64,000 nt of DNA, taken from positions 576,001 through 640,000 of the forward strand of contig CP084167.1 in the NCBI GenBank assembly GCA_021513715.1. Reading direction: 5' to 3'. The stretch is from Candidatus Heimdallarchaeum endolithica. GTDB taxonomy: Archaea; Asgardarchaeota; Heimdallarchaeia; Heimdallarchaeales; Heimdallarchaeaceae. The notes below the pieces were generated by a model, which was not told the origin of the DNA, did not search any database, and was given only the letters and a program-made list of their open reading frames with translations. The translations under genes and the position numbers were made by a program. Position 1 is the first letter of the stretch, and every line of letters starts with the position of its first letter. Shown here in pieces: positions 39,262 to 50,214 of this stretch.

Positions 39262-41820
39262 TTACTTCTTCTTTCCTTTTCCTGTACGTTCCCACTCACT
39301 AAATTGTTTGAGTAAATCGTCAATAGCTGTAGTCATATCTTCAGAAACCAATACGCCTTCAAATTGTAAATCGAAGATTACTTCTTCTCCTTCAATCCTA
39401 TTTGGTACATCTTTAGAATAAGCATACAACCACAATTTCATAACTTCTTTATCTTGGAAGCCCAACAAGGGAGAAAGTTTGTTCAAACTTATTTTGTTGT
39501 AAACAGAACTAATTTTCTTAAGCCTATCAAGTAGCATATTATTATGTTTATTAACTTTGATTATTTCAGCTAATTCAGAAAAAATATTGTTATAGTTTTT
39601 TAAGACTTCCTGGAATATAGCTAACTTTTCAGAAGCTAAATCATTAACTTTTGACCATAAAGGTTCAGAGGAAATTTGATTATCAAAAGGTGCAAGAGTT
39701 TCTTCTCTAAAAACAATAACGAGATCTAGGAAAGAAATTAATTTCTCATAACTTATTATTAAATGTTTAAACTTTTTTTCTGACCAATTATGTATTAATT
39801 TTGTTGATACTTTTTTAGTATATTCCTCTAAATTTGCAGGATTAATTAGATCAACTAAAGAAATCACTTCAGTTTGAAGTTCTGTGTTTACGAAAGTAAT
39901 TATTTCATTATAGAGCTTGTTAAATTGTTCTTTTTTATTCTTTACTATTCTTCTTGCATTAATCTGAATAAAAAGTAAATCTTCAAGGAATATTTTTAAC
40001 TTTTCAAAAAAGCTTCTTATTTCGTTTACTGAAGAAACAAATATTATTAATGACGAAATACCTGCAAAAGTTTCCTCGTAAAATTCAATTAACTTAGGTT
40101 TTAAATTAATTACTTTTTTCATTTTCTTCCTTATCTTTACTCTTTTTCTAATTTTATAAATTAACAATAGTAAAAGAATAATAAATAAAGTAAATACAAT
40201 AATATAACCTATTACAATTGAATTAAGGTATACATTCTTTCTTAAAGGATCTTTTCCATTTTCTATTTCCCAACTATCAGACCTTCCATCTCTATCAGTG
40301 TCTTTACTTCTTGGATTAGTAAGATAAATATTTATTTCTTCATAATCTGATAAACCATCATTATCAGTATCAGGGTCTAAAGGGTCAGTAAGGTAAATGA
40401 TAACTTCATCTCCATCTATTAAACCATCATCGTCAGAATCGGTGTTATTAGCAAAAGTGCCAAGATTAAACTCTTTAAGATTTGATAAACCATCACCATC
40501 AAGATCTTCATAAGCATCATCCGCTAGAGGGTTCAAATTACTACATACTTCCCAACCGTCAAGCATACCATCATTATCTGTGTCAGGGTCTAAAGGGTCA
40601 GTAAGGTAAATGATAACTTCGTCTCCATCTATTAAACCATCATCGTCAGTATCAGAATCCAAAGGGGAGGTATTGTTGGTATATTCTTCTAAATTAGTCA
40701 AATTGTCATTATCAGGGTCTAAAGCAGAGTCATCAGTAAGAGGATCTAAACCATTGTCTTCTTCCCATTTATCAGACATATTATCTTGGTCTAGGTCTAC
40801 ATGCATAGGATAAGGATCAAAATTATCAGCTGTACCATCAATTGCATATACTCCTGTTCCACTCCAATCATACCAATAGTTACCTGTTGTACCATAATAG
40901 AATCTATTGTCTATTCCGCAATCATATGCCTGAGAATTAGTAGCTTGATTATTTTTAATAAAGATATTTTTTACAATAGTATTATTAGAACTATCCTGAA
41001 GATAAACTCCATAGGAGCAACTATTTGTGACAATATTTGAAGTAAACGTATTATTTTTAGAATTTGAAGAAAGACAAAATATTCCATATCGATCGTTAAA
41101 TGAAATATTATTATAAATAAAAATATTATTTGAACTAAAAGAAAGCAGTATACCATCATAAATACTATTGGTTACATTATTGGAAGTAAAAGTATTACTA
41201 AAACTAGAAGAAAGAGATATACCACCAATACTGCTATTTATTATTGTGTTAGAAGCAAAAGTATTCCAAGAACTAGAAGAAAGAAAAAATCCATAGGAAC
41301 TACTGTTTGTTATTGTGTTAGAAATAAAAGTATTATTAAAACTAGAAGAAAGAAATATTCCTCTATTATAATTACTTATAGTATTATTCGTTACTATTAT
41401 GGTTCCACTTACAACAGAATCAATATAAATACCAGAAAATGTTGAAATCCTGCCACTAAGATAACAATCACGAATTATAATATATTTAGTTGTACTAGTT
41501 ATCTTAATACCATCAGCACTAGAGCTAGAAATAATGTAGTTTTTTATAATATAAGGGTCATCTTTAGTACCTGAACCAGGAAAAACTGTTAGATCACTGT
41601 CAGAAGTAATAGAAATAGGAGCATGAATGATATAAGAATTCTTCATATTATTATTCTTAATTTTATTAATTATTTGCAGTGATGAAAATACCTTAGTGTT
41701 TGTATGTACATTTACTTCATTTTTTTTGTGAATAGAATAAGAGATTGAAATGTTTAAACATATTATTAATATAAACAATAAACATTTACTCAAATTTTTT
41801 AGTTTTCCCATCTTATTCAT
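39262..41820 (-). CDS. Array member 2 (type II tail)
   Basis: Same architecture; tail [14 protein letters not shown]...KLWLYAYSKDVPNRIEG...[20 protein letters not shown]. Confidence 0.8.
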   Translation of the reverse strand: MNKMGKLKNLSKCLLFILIICLNISISYSIHKKNEVNVHTNTKVFSSLQIINKIKNNNMKNSYIIHAPISITSDSDLTVFPGSGTKDDPYIIKNYIISSSSADGIKITSTTKYIIIRDCYLSGRISTFSGIYIDSVVSGTIIVTNNTISNYNRGIFLSSSFNNTFISNTITNSSSYGFFLSSSSWNTFASNTIINSSIGGISLSSSFSNTFTSNNVTNSIYDGILLSFSSNNIFIYNNISFNDRYGIFCLSSNSKNNTFTSNIVTNSCSYGVYLQDSSNNTIVKNIFIKNNQATNSQAYDCGIDNRFYYGTTGNYWYDWSGTGVYAIDGTADNFDPYPMHVDLDQDNMSDKWEEDNGLDPLTDDSALDPDNDNLTNLEEYTNNTSPLDSDTDDDGLIDGDEVIIYLTDPLDPDTDNDGMLDGWEVCSNLNPLADDAYEDLDGDGLSNLKEFNLGTFANNTDSDDDGLIDGDEVIIYLTDPLDPDTDNDGLSDYEEINIYLTNPRSKDTDRDGRSDSWEIENGKDPLRKNVYLNSIVIGYIIVFTLFIILLLLLIYKIRKRVKIRKKMKKVINLKPKLIEFYEETFAGISSLIIFVSSVNEIRSFFEKLKIFLEDLLFIQINARRIVKNKKEQFNKLYNEIITFVNTELQTEVISLVDLINPANLEEYTKKVSTKLIHNWSEKKFKHLIISYEKLISFLDLVIVFREETLAPFDNQISSEPLWSKVNDLASEKLAIFQEVLKNYNNIFSELAEIIKVNKHNNMLLDRLKKISSVYNKISLNKLSPLLGFQDKEVMKLWLYAYSKDVPNRIEGEEVIFDLQFEGVLVSEDMTTAIDDLLKQFSEWERTGKGKKK

Positions 41821-42073
41821 CTCTGAACTAATAGTGACAATACAACTTGTTTAAAGGGAAAGAGCTTGGCTGTTTATAATATTTAATAAAGAATAATTAT
41901 CTAATTAACTTTTCGTTTATCTTTAGCAAGATTTTTCACTTGTTTATTAAAAATCAAGTAACTATGAGTTCAAAAGAGATGAAATAATTAATAAACTATA
42001 AGAAGTGTTAGGAAGAATCTAATATTTTTTTGTAAAGAAAAATAACCTTTAAGATATCTTTTTGACTTTTTAC

Positions 42074-45000
42074 TTATTTTTTCTTCCCCTTTCCTGTACG
42101 TTCCCACTCACTAAACTTGTCTATTAGTTCATCAATAGACTGAGTAATCTCTTCAGTGATTTTTTCAACAATAATTAATTTTTCTCCTTCAATTCGAATA
42201 GATAAAATAGAGCCAAGTTCAACCAACCATAATTCAAGATCATTAAGTTCTTCAAAACCTAGTTTTTCCTGCAAAGTAACTAAAGGTATTTCAGAACTAG
42301 TAGATAGAACCTTGAAGAATTCTTTAGCCCTCTTTATTTCAACCTCTCGAGAATCAAAATAATTCATTTTTTCTTCCACTTTTTCTTTTAATCCATAGTA
42401 TTGTTCTATTCGGTTGCTAGTCAACTTTTCTACTGTCTCTGTGTTCATAACCTTACTATAATTTTCTTTCCAGTTAGCTAATTTTTCTTCAAACTCTCTA
42501 AAATATAACTCACTTTCTGTTGTTTTTCCTTTTAGAGAATACACAAACAGATTATCTATTTCTTTTACTAGCTCTTCTCCTTTTTTATCCAATAATATTA
42601 AAGGATAAAGATGAATAAGGTCTAGAACTTCTTGTCTCTTATTTTCTATTTCTTGTGATTCCTCTAACAAATCTTTTTTTTCATCATTTGTTAATCTGTC
42701 AGAAATTACTTTAAGTTTAGATTGGAAAAAATCACGAAAAGCATCTGTTATCTCTGATAACTTTTTTACTTTCTCGAGGTTAAAATTAATGTTTAAGTCT
42801 TGTTGATTAATTATTTCTTTCTCTATTTCAAAAATTTTCTCAAAAGTTTTTTTCTGATGAATCTTCATTTGATTAATAAGAGCATTCAATTCTTCTTTTG
42901 AAAATGACTTGTCTACATCATTAGTTTCATTGATTTTGGAAGAAAGTAAATCATTTCTTATATCTATTTTTTCTATCTCTTCAATATAGGAAAAATACTC
43001 ATCACTTACTTTTTTGAATTCTAAGGTGATTTTGTTTATCTTACTAACATATTCATCTAAATCTATTTTTTGATAATTATTTTTTTGTACATAATTATTG
43101 ATTTTTTGTAAGTCTGAAAGTAAGAATTTTTTCCTTTTCAACACTTTTTCTATTAATAAAGTATATTCATCAGCTATTTTTTTCTTTAATAAACCTCTAT
43201 AATCTAACAACTGGCTAATAAAAATGTCAATTTCTTCTTTTACTTTATCTAATTCAATAGAATTTTTCTTTCCTATAATAATCCTAAATAATTTAAATTC
43301 AGATTGATAAAAAGCAATTATTTTATTAATATAATTAATATTTTTAACACTTTCTTGAAAATCCACAGTTGATAAAGGTTGAAGAAGATATTCATCTATT
43401 TTTTCCTTAAATTTTTCAAATTCCAAAAATTGATCTTGTAATTTATTCTTTAATTTTAAAAGTTTTTCACTCTGTTTTTTCTTAATTAGTAAAATAATTG
43501 TTATTATGCTTCCTATAACTAAAAAACTCAATAGACAAGAAAGCACAATTTTAATTTTTTTTGCTCGAGGATTGCTTAATTTGTTTAATGGATCACTTCC
43601 ATAAATGATTATTTCTTCATAGTCATTAAATTTATCATCATCTGTGTCATTTTTTGTTGGATCTGTGTGGTAGGCATATATTTCTTCATAATCTGTTAAA
43701 CCATCTCCATCAGTATCAGGATTCATGGGGTTAGTTAGAAAAGTTATAACTTCTTGATAATCTGTTAAACCATCATTATCTGAATCTTTTTTATAAGGAA
43801 GAGAATGGAAAACTTTTACTTCTTGATAATAACCTAATTTGTCATCATCAAAATCTTCTTCTCTTATACATCCCCCAAAAGTAACTTCGTCTCCATCATT
43901 AAGGCCATCTCCATCAGTATCAGGATTAAGAGGATAAGCAAACCATTGATATTCTTCTAAATTAGTTAAACCATCTCCATCAGAATCTGCCTTGGGATCA
44001 TCCAAATTATAGACAATTTCCCAACCATCGTCCATTCCATCATTGTCATCATCATTCTCAACAGATACTATTCTTCTTGGAAAAATATCACCAATTTCAG
44101 CACCATATATAGAATAAAAATTGGTAGTACCATCCCAGTCTTCCCACAAATTACCAATCAGTAAAGTAGGAGAATACCAGAAGCTATTAGTTCCATAATC
44201 TTCGTTTAGATCCTTAATTTTCATAAAAGTATTATTGTAGACAATGTTGTATTCTCCTCTTTCACCTATTCTTACGCCCCCTAAACCTGTTCCACAAAAG
44301 AGATTATTATAAACCAAACTGTTACTTACTTCGAAAGCATAACAAATAGCGAAGTTAGTTGAATTGTATATTTTGTTATCATTAATAACAACGTTATTAC
44401 ATCTTTCTAAATTTATTCCATCAGTTGTTGCTCCTTTTATCAAATTATTAGAGAATACAATTTCATTATTGCCACTAGACCATATACCTGGAGCCCAATC
44501 ACTAGTTACATTTTCTAATGTGTTAAAAGTAATAGTAATCTCATTATTTGTATCAAGTCCAATGTTTCCTTCACCATTAAAAATGCATGTGTTTTTAGTA
44601 ACTGTAACATTAGATGATTCAGAAACCAAAATACCAAAACGAGAGTTATTAGCAGAATAATTATTATATACCAAGCTATCTCCTGTTTGGTGAATTAATA
44701 TTCCATCATAATTATAAAGAAGAGTACAATTCTCTACTATTGTACTCCCTGCTCTTGATTCAGAAGCAATCCCAAATCCAAAACCTTGAACAAAACAATT
44801 TCGAATAACTACTGAAGAACTAACATAACTAATAATAATACCACAACCTTCTTTGTTAGTTGCTTCTGTTGAAATCTTATAGTTTTCAATTATGTATGGA
44901 TCATCCTCTGTTCCTGAACCAGGACAACCAAGTTTTGCAAAGTCTTCTTCTCTAGTGATATCTATTGGTGAATGAATAATATAATTAGTCTTTTGGCTAT

Positions 45001-45259
45001 TATTTTTTTCAAAAATTATTTTTTGATAAGAACTATTATGATTTATTTGCCTATTGTTTAGAAATGAATTATGTTCATCAATTGAGAGAGAACTAACAAA
45101 TACTTTTTCAATTTCAGATTTATTGCTACTAAAATTAGAAAACTTGTCATAGTCATGACTATTTATTAAGTAAAAAGATGGAAGGACAAAAAGAAAAATA
45201 ATTAAAGAAAAAACAATATTTCTTCTGAAATTTAGCGATATATTGTTTAATATTTTCAT
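42074..45259 (-). CDS. Array member 3 (type I tail), close paralog of 57561..60752
   Basis: CPGSGTEDDPYII, beta-helix, DxDxDG repeats, [22 protein letters not shown]. Confidence 0.8.
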   Translation of the reverse strand: MKILNNISLNFRRNIVFSLIIFLFVLPSFYLINSHDYDKFSNFSSNKSEIEKVFVSSLSIDEHNSFLNNRQINHNSSYQKIIFEKNNSQKTNYIIHSPIDITREEDFAKLGCPGSGTEDDPYIIENYKISTEATNKEGCGIIISYVSSSVVIRNCFVQGFGFGIASESRAGSTIVENCTLLYNYDGILIHQTGDSLVYNNYSANNSRFGILVSESSNVTVTKNTCIFNGEGNIGLDTNNEITITFNTLENVTSDWAPGIWSSGNNEIVFSNNLIKGATTDGINLERCNNVVINDNKIYNSTNFAICYAFEVSNSLVYNNLFCGTGLGGVRIGERGEYNIVYNNTFMKIKDLNEDYGTNSFWYSPTLLIGNLWEDWDGTTNFYSIYGAEIGDIFPRRIVSVENDDDNDGMDDGWEIVYNLDDPKADSDGDGLTNLEEYQWFAYPLNPDTDGDGLNDGDEVTFGGCIREEDFDDDKLGYYQEVKVFHSLPYKKDSDNDGLTDYQEVITFLTNPMNPDTDGDGLTDYEEIYAYHTDPTKNDTDDDKFNDYEEIIIYGSDPLNKLSNPRAKKIKIVLSCLLSFLVIGSIITIILLIKKKQSEKLLKLKNKLQDQFLEFEKFKEKIDEYLLQPLSTVDFQESVKNINYINKIIAFYQSEFKLFRIIIGKKNSIELDKVKEEIDIFISQLLDYRGLLKKKIADEYTLLIEKVLKRKKFLLSDLQKINNYVQKNNYQKIDLDEYVSKINKITLEFKKVSDEYFSYIEEIEKIDIRNDLLSSKINETNDVDKSFSKEELNALINQMKIHQKKTFEKIFEIEKEIINQQDLNINFNLEKVKKLSEITDAFRDFFQSKLKVISDRLTNDEKKDLLEESQEIENKRQEVLDLIHLYPLILLDKKGEELVKEIDNLFVYSLKGKTTESELYFREFEEKLANWKENYSKVMNTETVEKLTSNRIEQYYGLKEKVEEKMNYFDSREVEIKRAKEFFKVLSTSSEIPLVTLQEKLGFEELNDLELWLVELGSILSIRIEGEKLIIVEKITEEITQSIDELIDKFSEWERTGKGKKK

Positions 45260-45488
45260 TTCTAAAACAAGTTATACATTATATAAAAAAATTAAAAGTT
45301 TTTCTCCATTAATTCCCATTTAAAATAAATTATGCATAAAGCATCAAGTTCAACTTGCATAAAAGAATACAAAAACAATAAGAAAAATAGATGAATTAAA
45401 CATAACGAGTACCAGAATAGAAAAAACAAGACAAAATAGAAAAATATTGATATTTGAACAATTTTTATAGAAAATTAAACTTGTGAGA

Positions 45489-48400
45489 TTAGTTTTTCTT
45501 TCCTTCTCCTGTTTTTTCCCATTCAGAGAATCGCGTGATTAACTCGTCTATTGATTGGGTTAATTCTTTTGTAGCTTTCTCAGAGATGATTAATTTATCT
45601 CCTTCTATTTTTATAGATAGAAACGAACTTAGTTCTATTAACCATTTCTCCAAATCTTCTAATTTTGAAAAATCTAGCATTTGCTGTAACTTAATTAAAG
45701 TAATTTCACTATAGATTGATAATACATCTATAAGTACTTTTATTCTTTTCACTTCTTTATATTTTATTTTGTTTTGCGTTATGATTTCTTTTAATTCCTC
45801 TTTTTCTTTTTGAATTAAATCTTTTTCATTTTTTAACTCTTTTATTTCTATTTCTTCTGCTAAGATAATTTCACTTCTTTTCTTCCATTTTTTCCATTCT
45901 TTTTCATATTCTGTAAAACGGTATAAACTTTCTTTTGTTTGTTTCTTTAGTAATATTTTATACACTTTTTCTCCTTCTTCTAATAATTCTCTTCCTTTGT
46001 CTTTTATTAATTTCAGAGGTAGTATTACTAAATGTTCAATTTTTTCTTCTATTTCTTGATGTTTTTCTATTAATCTTTTTCTTTCTTCTTCACTTATTTT
46101 ATTTTCAATACTTTTATATTCTAAATTAAATATTAGATAATATTTCTTTGATATTTTTTCAAAATAATTTTTAAACTCAGTAAACTGTGAAAAAATATCT
46201 GAAGAACTAATTTGTTCAATAACTCTTTTTTGTAAAGTTATAAGTTCTTGTTCAAGTTGTTTTTGATTCAATTCTAATGTGAACTTTGAAAGGATTACAA
46301 GTTTGCTTTGTTTATTTTGTATCTCGTTCTCTACTATTGATGATTTTACTAAATTATCTCCTTGTTCTTTTTTATTTAGATCATCTATTTCTTTCTTAAA
46401 CCTTGACTCAATTTCCTCAATATTGATATCATCCTTCTTTAATAAACTAAGTAAGGTATCTATCTCTTTTTCTAGTATTTTAATTTTGTATTCTTCTGCT
46501 TTATTTATAAGAAGATTTATTTCTTGTTTAAGTTCTTTTAAAAGGTTAATATTTTGTTTTCTGATTGCTGTAATTGATGTTCTTGATATTTTTTCACTTG
46601 TTCGAATAAATGTTTCTAATCTGATAAGTACTGTAGTACATACTTCTAAATATTTATTTTGATTAGCTATTAATATTTTATTTATATCTGATGTTATTAG
46701 TTCAAAATTTAACTTTTCTTCGTTCCATTTTTTAAACTGTTCTAAAATAATCTTTTTGTGTTTTTTACTAATTATGTGGATTATAAATATAAAACAAATT
46801 ATTAAAATTATTGCTATTGTAGCTGATGATATAGAAATTATTATTATTTTGATTTTTTTATTGCTTCTCTTATTTAATGGGTCCGTACCAAATTTATTTA
46901 ATTCATCATAATCACTAAATCCATCTCCATCAGTGTCATAATCTAGTGGATCTGTTAAGTATTCAAAGATTTCCTCATAATCGCTAAGTCCATCTTTATC
47001 AGAATCTGCTTCATTTGGATCAGTATTATACTTGTTTATCTCTTCACCATCAGTTAAACCATCACCATCAGTATCAGAATTAAGGGGGTCAGTATTGTGA
47101 GTTTTAACCTCTTCACCATCAGTTAAACCGTCACCATCAGTATCAGAATTAAGGGGGTCAGTTCTTGCTTGATACTCTTCTAAATTAGTTAAACTGTCAT
47201 TATCAGGGTCTTCTGTAGAGTCATCAGTTAGGGGGTCTAAACCAAAACTTACTTCCCATCCATCAGGCATGCTATCATTATCTGAGTCAGAATCAATTGG
47301 GTCTGTTCCATAAGTGTTAACCTCTTCATAGTCGTTCAAACCATCTCCATCAGTGTCACTGTTATTAGGAATAGTTCCCTCTTTGTACTCTTCTAAATTG
47401 GTTAAACCGTCATTATCAGGGTCTTCTGTAGAGTCATCAGTTAGGGGGTCTAAACCAAAACTTACTTCCCATCCATCAGGCATACCATCAGAGTCAGTAT
47501 CAGAATCTAATGGATCTGTAGAGTAAGTGTATATTTCTAGATTGTCACTTAACCCATCATCATCGGTATCAGAATCTAAAGGATCAGTACCTGCTTGATA
47601 CTCTTCTCCATCAGTTAAACCGTCACCATCGGTGTCAGGATCTAAAGGGTCAGTACCGTAAGTTTTAACCTCTTCATAGTCAAGTAAACCATCTCCATCA
47701 GTGTCAGGATCTAAAGCGTCAGTACCTACTTGATACTCTTCCAAATTTGTCAACCCATCAGAATCTGGATCTTCATTTGCATCATCTGTTAGAGGGTCCA
47801 AACTGTTTTCTACTTCCCAACCATCAGGCATGCCATCAGAGTCAGTATCAGAATCTAATGGATCTGTAGAGTAAGTGTTTACCTCTTCTCCATCACTAAG
47901 TTTATCTTCATCTGAATCTGCTTCATTTGGATCAGTATTATACTTGTTTATTTCCTCTTCATCCATTAACCCGTCATCGTCAGAGTCATGATTTGTTGGA
48001 TCTGTACCATATTCTAATACTTCTTCTTCATCTGTTAATCCATCATTATCAGTGTCAGGATCTAAAGGGTTAGTAAAATAAATTAATATTTCAGTTCCAT
48101 CATCTAATTTATCATTGTCTGTATCGTTGTTACTAGGATTAGTATGCAAAACAATTTCTATAGGATCAACAAGCTCATCTTTATCACTATCGTAACAAAC
48201 AAGAGGAGAAAAATCTTGTGCAGATTCAGTTCCTCCAAAATTGCTGTATGCTCCTACACCACTCCAATCAGACCAATAATTGTTATTCCAATTATTATCA
48301 TCTCCTGAACTTACAGCTTGTTTCTCAACACTTTTAAGGAAGTAATTATAATTTATTTCATTGTTATACCCCAATATACTAATACCACATAAATTATTTT

Positions 48401-48956
48401 TTATTAAAGTATTATTGGTTAAAACATTATCATTAGATATAATTGATATACCTGCATGATTTCCATAAAGAACATTTCCATAAAGAAATATCCCAGAAGA
48501 GTAAATTGAAATTCCATCCTCTCCACAATTTTTACAATAATTATATCTTATCACAATGTTATCTGTTGAGCTAACAGAAATACCATCAGCACCACAATTT
48601 AATATAGTGTTATTTTCTATTCTGCATGTTCCGTCTTTACAGTCCCATATATAGATTCCGAATGAAAAATTTTTTATTGTACAATTTCTAATAATGAAAT
48701 ACTTCGTTGTTCTATAAATATAAATACCATTTCCATCTCCATATTTTCCCTCTAAAATATAGTTCTCAATTATATATGGATCTTCTTCTGTTCCTGAACC
48801 AGGAAAACCTAAACTTATAAAATCACTATCGCTAGTAATACTTATCGGTGAATCCTTTAGATTTATGTTATTTGTTAAATAGATATCTGAAGAAACAGAG
48901 AGGTAAGAAGGAAATAATACTAAAATCAGAACAATGATACTGATTTTATATTTCAT
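45489..48956 (-). CDS. Array member 4 (short beta-helix, very long Asp-rich stalk, type I tail)
   Basis: About 440 aa of DTDxDG repeats; tail nearly identical to that of member 1. Confidence 0.8.
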   Translation of the reverse strand: MKYKISIIVLILVLFPSYLSVSSDIYLTNNINLKDSPISITSDSDFISLGFPGSGTEEDPYIIENYILEGKYGDGNGIYIYRTTKYFIIRNCTIKNFSFGIYIWDCKDGTCRIENNTILNCGADGISVSSTDNIVIRYNYCKNCGEDGISIYSSGIFLYGNVLYGNHAGISIISNDNVLTNNTLIKNNLCGISILGYNNEINYNYFLKSVEKQAVSSGDDNNWNNNYWSDWSGVGAYSNFGGTESAQDFSPLVCYDSDKDELVDPIEIVLHTNPSNNDTDNDKLDDGTEILIYFTNPLDPDTDNDGLTDEEEVLEYGTDPTNHDSDDDGLMDEEEINKYNTDPNEADSDEDKLSDGEEVNTYSTDPLDSDTDSDGMPDGWEVENSLDPLTDDANEDPDSDGLTNLEEYQVGTDALDPDTDGDGLLDYEEVKTYGTDPLDPDTDGDGLTDGEEYQAGTDPLDSDTDDDGLSDNLEIYTYSTDPLDSDTDSDGMPDGWEVSFGLDPLTDDSTEDPDNDGLTNLEEYKEGTIPNNSDTDGDGLNDYEEVNTYGTDPIDSDSDNDSMPDGWEVSFGLDPLTDDSTEDPDNDSLTNLEEYQARTDPLNSDTDGDGLTDGEEVKTHNTDPLNSDTDGDGLTDGEEINKYNTDPNEADSDKDGLSDYEEIFEYLTDPLDYDTDGDGFSDYDELNKFGTDPLNKRSNKKIKIIIISISSATIAIILIICFIFIIHIISKKHKKIILEQFKKWNEEKLNFELITSDINKILIANQNKYLEVCTTVLIRLETFIRTSEKISRTSITAIRKQNINLLKELKQEINLLINKAEEYKIKILEKEIDTLLSLLKKDDINIEEIESRFKKEIDDLNKKEQGDNLVKSSIVENEIQNKQSKLVILSKFTLELNQKQLEQELITLQKRVIEQISSSDIFSQFTEFKNYFEKISKKYYLIFNLEYKSIENKISEEERKRLIEKHQEIEEKIEHLVILPLKLIKDKGRELLEEGEKVYKILLKKQTKESLYRFTEYEKEWKKWKKRSEIILAEEIEIKELKNEKDLIQKEKEELKEIITQNKIKYKEVKRIKVLIDVLSIYSEITLIKLQQMLDFSKLEDLEKWLIELSSFLSIKIEGDKLIISEKATKELTQSIDELITRFSEWEKTGEGKKN
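45737..46138. repeat. About 400-bp near-identical block, inverted copy at 51942..52343
   Basis: Identical peptide LIFNLEYK...KYKEVKRIK in members 4 and 5; identical antisense ORFs at 45935-46129 and 51951-52145. Confidence 0.85.
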
Positions 48957-48999
48957 ATATCTTAGAGAAATAAATGTTTTTTTATTAATTTTTTGTTCT
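48796..48999. repeat. 204-bp inverted repeat, left arm (partner 50011..50214)
   Basis: Reverse complement matches 50011-50214: shared upstream 43 nt plus about 53 codons of members 4 and 5. Confidence 0.88.
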
Positions 49000-49000
49000 A

Positions 49001-50010
49001 TGTTTACTCAATAGACTTGGGTTACACTTTTGGGTACTAGAGAAACATAGGGGTGATTCATAAATCTTTCTCCTGGGGTGAGGAAGTTAAGAGATTGGTG
49101 AGGACGACTAAAATTGTAGTAAGAGCGGTAGTAGGAGAGATCTGCGTTGCAGTATTTTAGACCTAATCTTTCCATCTCACGGATGATTGTCCCATGTAGT
49201 CTTTCTACTTTTCCACATGTTTCGGGGTGAAAAACTCTAGCTCTGATGTGTTTTATTCCTTCTGTTTGACACCAACGGGAGAAGGTACTTGTTCCTCCTC
49301 TAACGGAAGAGAAGAGTGCTCCATTGTCAGTAAGTATAGACTCGGGGTAACCGTACTCTTTTATTGCTTCCTCTAGCAAACTTATTATCTGCTCTTTTTT
49401 TGGTGCAAAAGGGTGGAATTTAGCTCCCAGACAGAATCGTGAGTGGTCGTCTATCAAGGTTATGAGATGGAGATGTTGTCCCTGTTCTTCTACCCAGAAT
49501 GGTCCTTTCACATCTATTTGCCAGAGTTCGTTAGGTTTTTGACGTTCAAAACTCTTGTATCGAGGTCTTTTCCTCTTTTTTCTATTAACCCATAAAGGAA
49601 GACCTAACTCTTTTATTACTTTCGTCACTGTCGTCTGAGAGAGTGCTTTTCCTTCTCTCTTCAACAAATAAGCTATCTTCTCCACATTCATTCCTTGTTT
49701 TATTCTTAACTCCCTTATCCTCTCTTTTAACTCCTCATCTACTTTCCTGTGTATAGTTTTTGGTCTGGAAGATCTATCTTTCCACCATACTCCTTCAGGG
49801 TTCTCTCTGAACCTCTTCAACCACTTATACACAAACTTCCTACTCACCATATACTTGTGAGCTACCTCTTTTATCTTCTCTCCTTCCAAAGCTTTTTTAA
49901 CCACAATCTTTCTTAGTTTCTCCAGGTTACGTTCGGGTTTGTTCATAATATATCACTTACCCACGTAACCCACTTCTATTTATTTGTTACCAATGTGAGT
50001 TGAGTATACA
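49001..50010 (-). mobile_element. IS481-family insertion sequence, 1010 bp, no target duplication
   Basis: Ends TGTTTACTCA...TGAGTATACA, delimited by comparison with the second copy at 56258-57272. Confidence 0.88.
49008..49946 (-). CDS. IS481-family DDE transposase (intact)
   Basis: HTH, SRK.VYKW..RF, DRSSRP, WQID, LTDNG, GKVER, YNFSRPHQSL. Confidence 0.9.
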   Translation of the reverse strand: MNKPERNLEKLRKIVVKKALEGEKIKEVAHKYMVSRKFVYKWLKRFRENPEGVWWKDRSSRPKTIHRKVDEELKERIRELRIKQGMNVEKIAYLLKREGKALSQTTVTKVIKELGLPLWVNRKKRKRPRYKSFERQKPNELWQIDVKGPFWVEEQGQHLHLITLIDDHSRFCLGAKFHPFAPKKEQIISLLEEAIKEYGYPESILTDNGALFSSVRGGTSTFSRWCQTEGIKHIRARVFHPETCGKVERLHGTIIREMERLGLKYCNADLSYYRSYYNFSRPHQSLNFLTPGERFMNHPYVSLVPKSVTQVY

Positions 50011-50214
50011 AGAACAAAAAATTAATAAAAAAACATTTATTTCTCTAAGATATATGAAATATAAAATCAGTATCATTGTTCTGATTTTAGTATTATTTCC
50101 TTCTTACCTCTCTGTTTCTTCAGATATCTATTTAACAAATAACATAAATCTAAAGGATTCACCGATAAGTATTACTAGCGATAGTGATTTTATAAGTTTA
50201 GGTTTTCCTGGTTC
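50011..50214. repeat. 204-bp inverted repeat, right arm (partner 48796..48999)
   Basis: Reverse complement of 48796-48999. Confidence 0.88.

Noticed and set aside
46900-48130. Regularly spaced repeats suggesting a CRISPR array
   Set aside because: They are in-frame DTDxDG coding repeats with third-position variation; there is no repeat-spacer structure and no cas genes.
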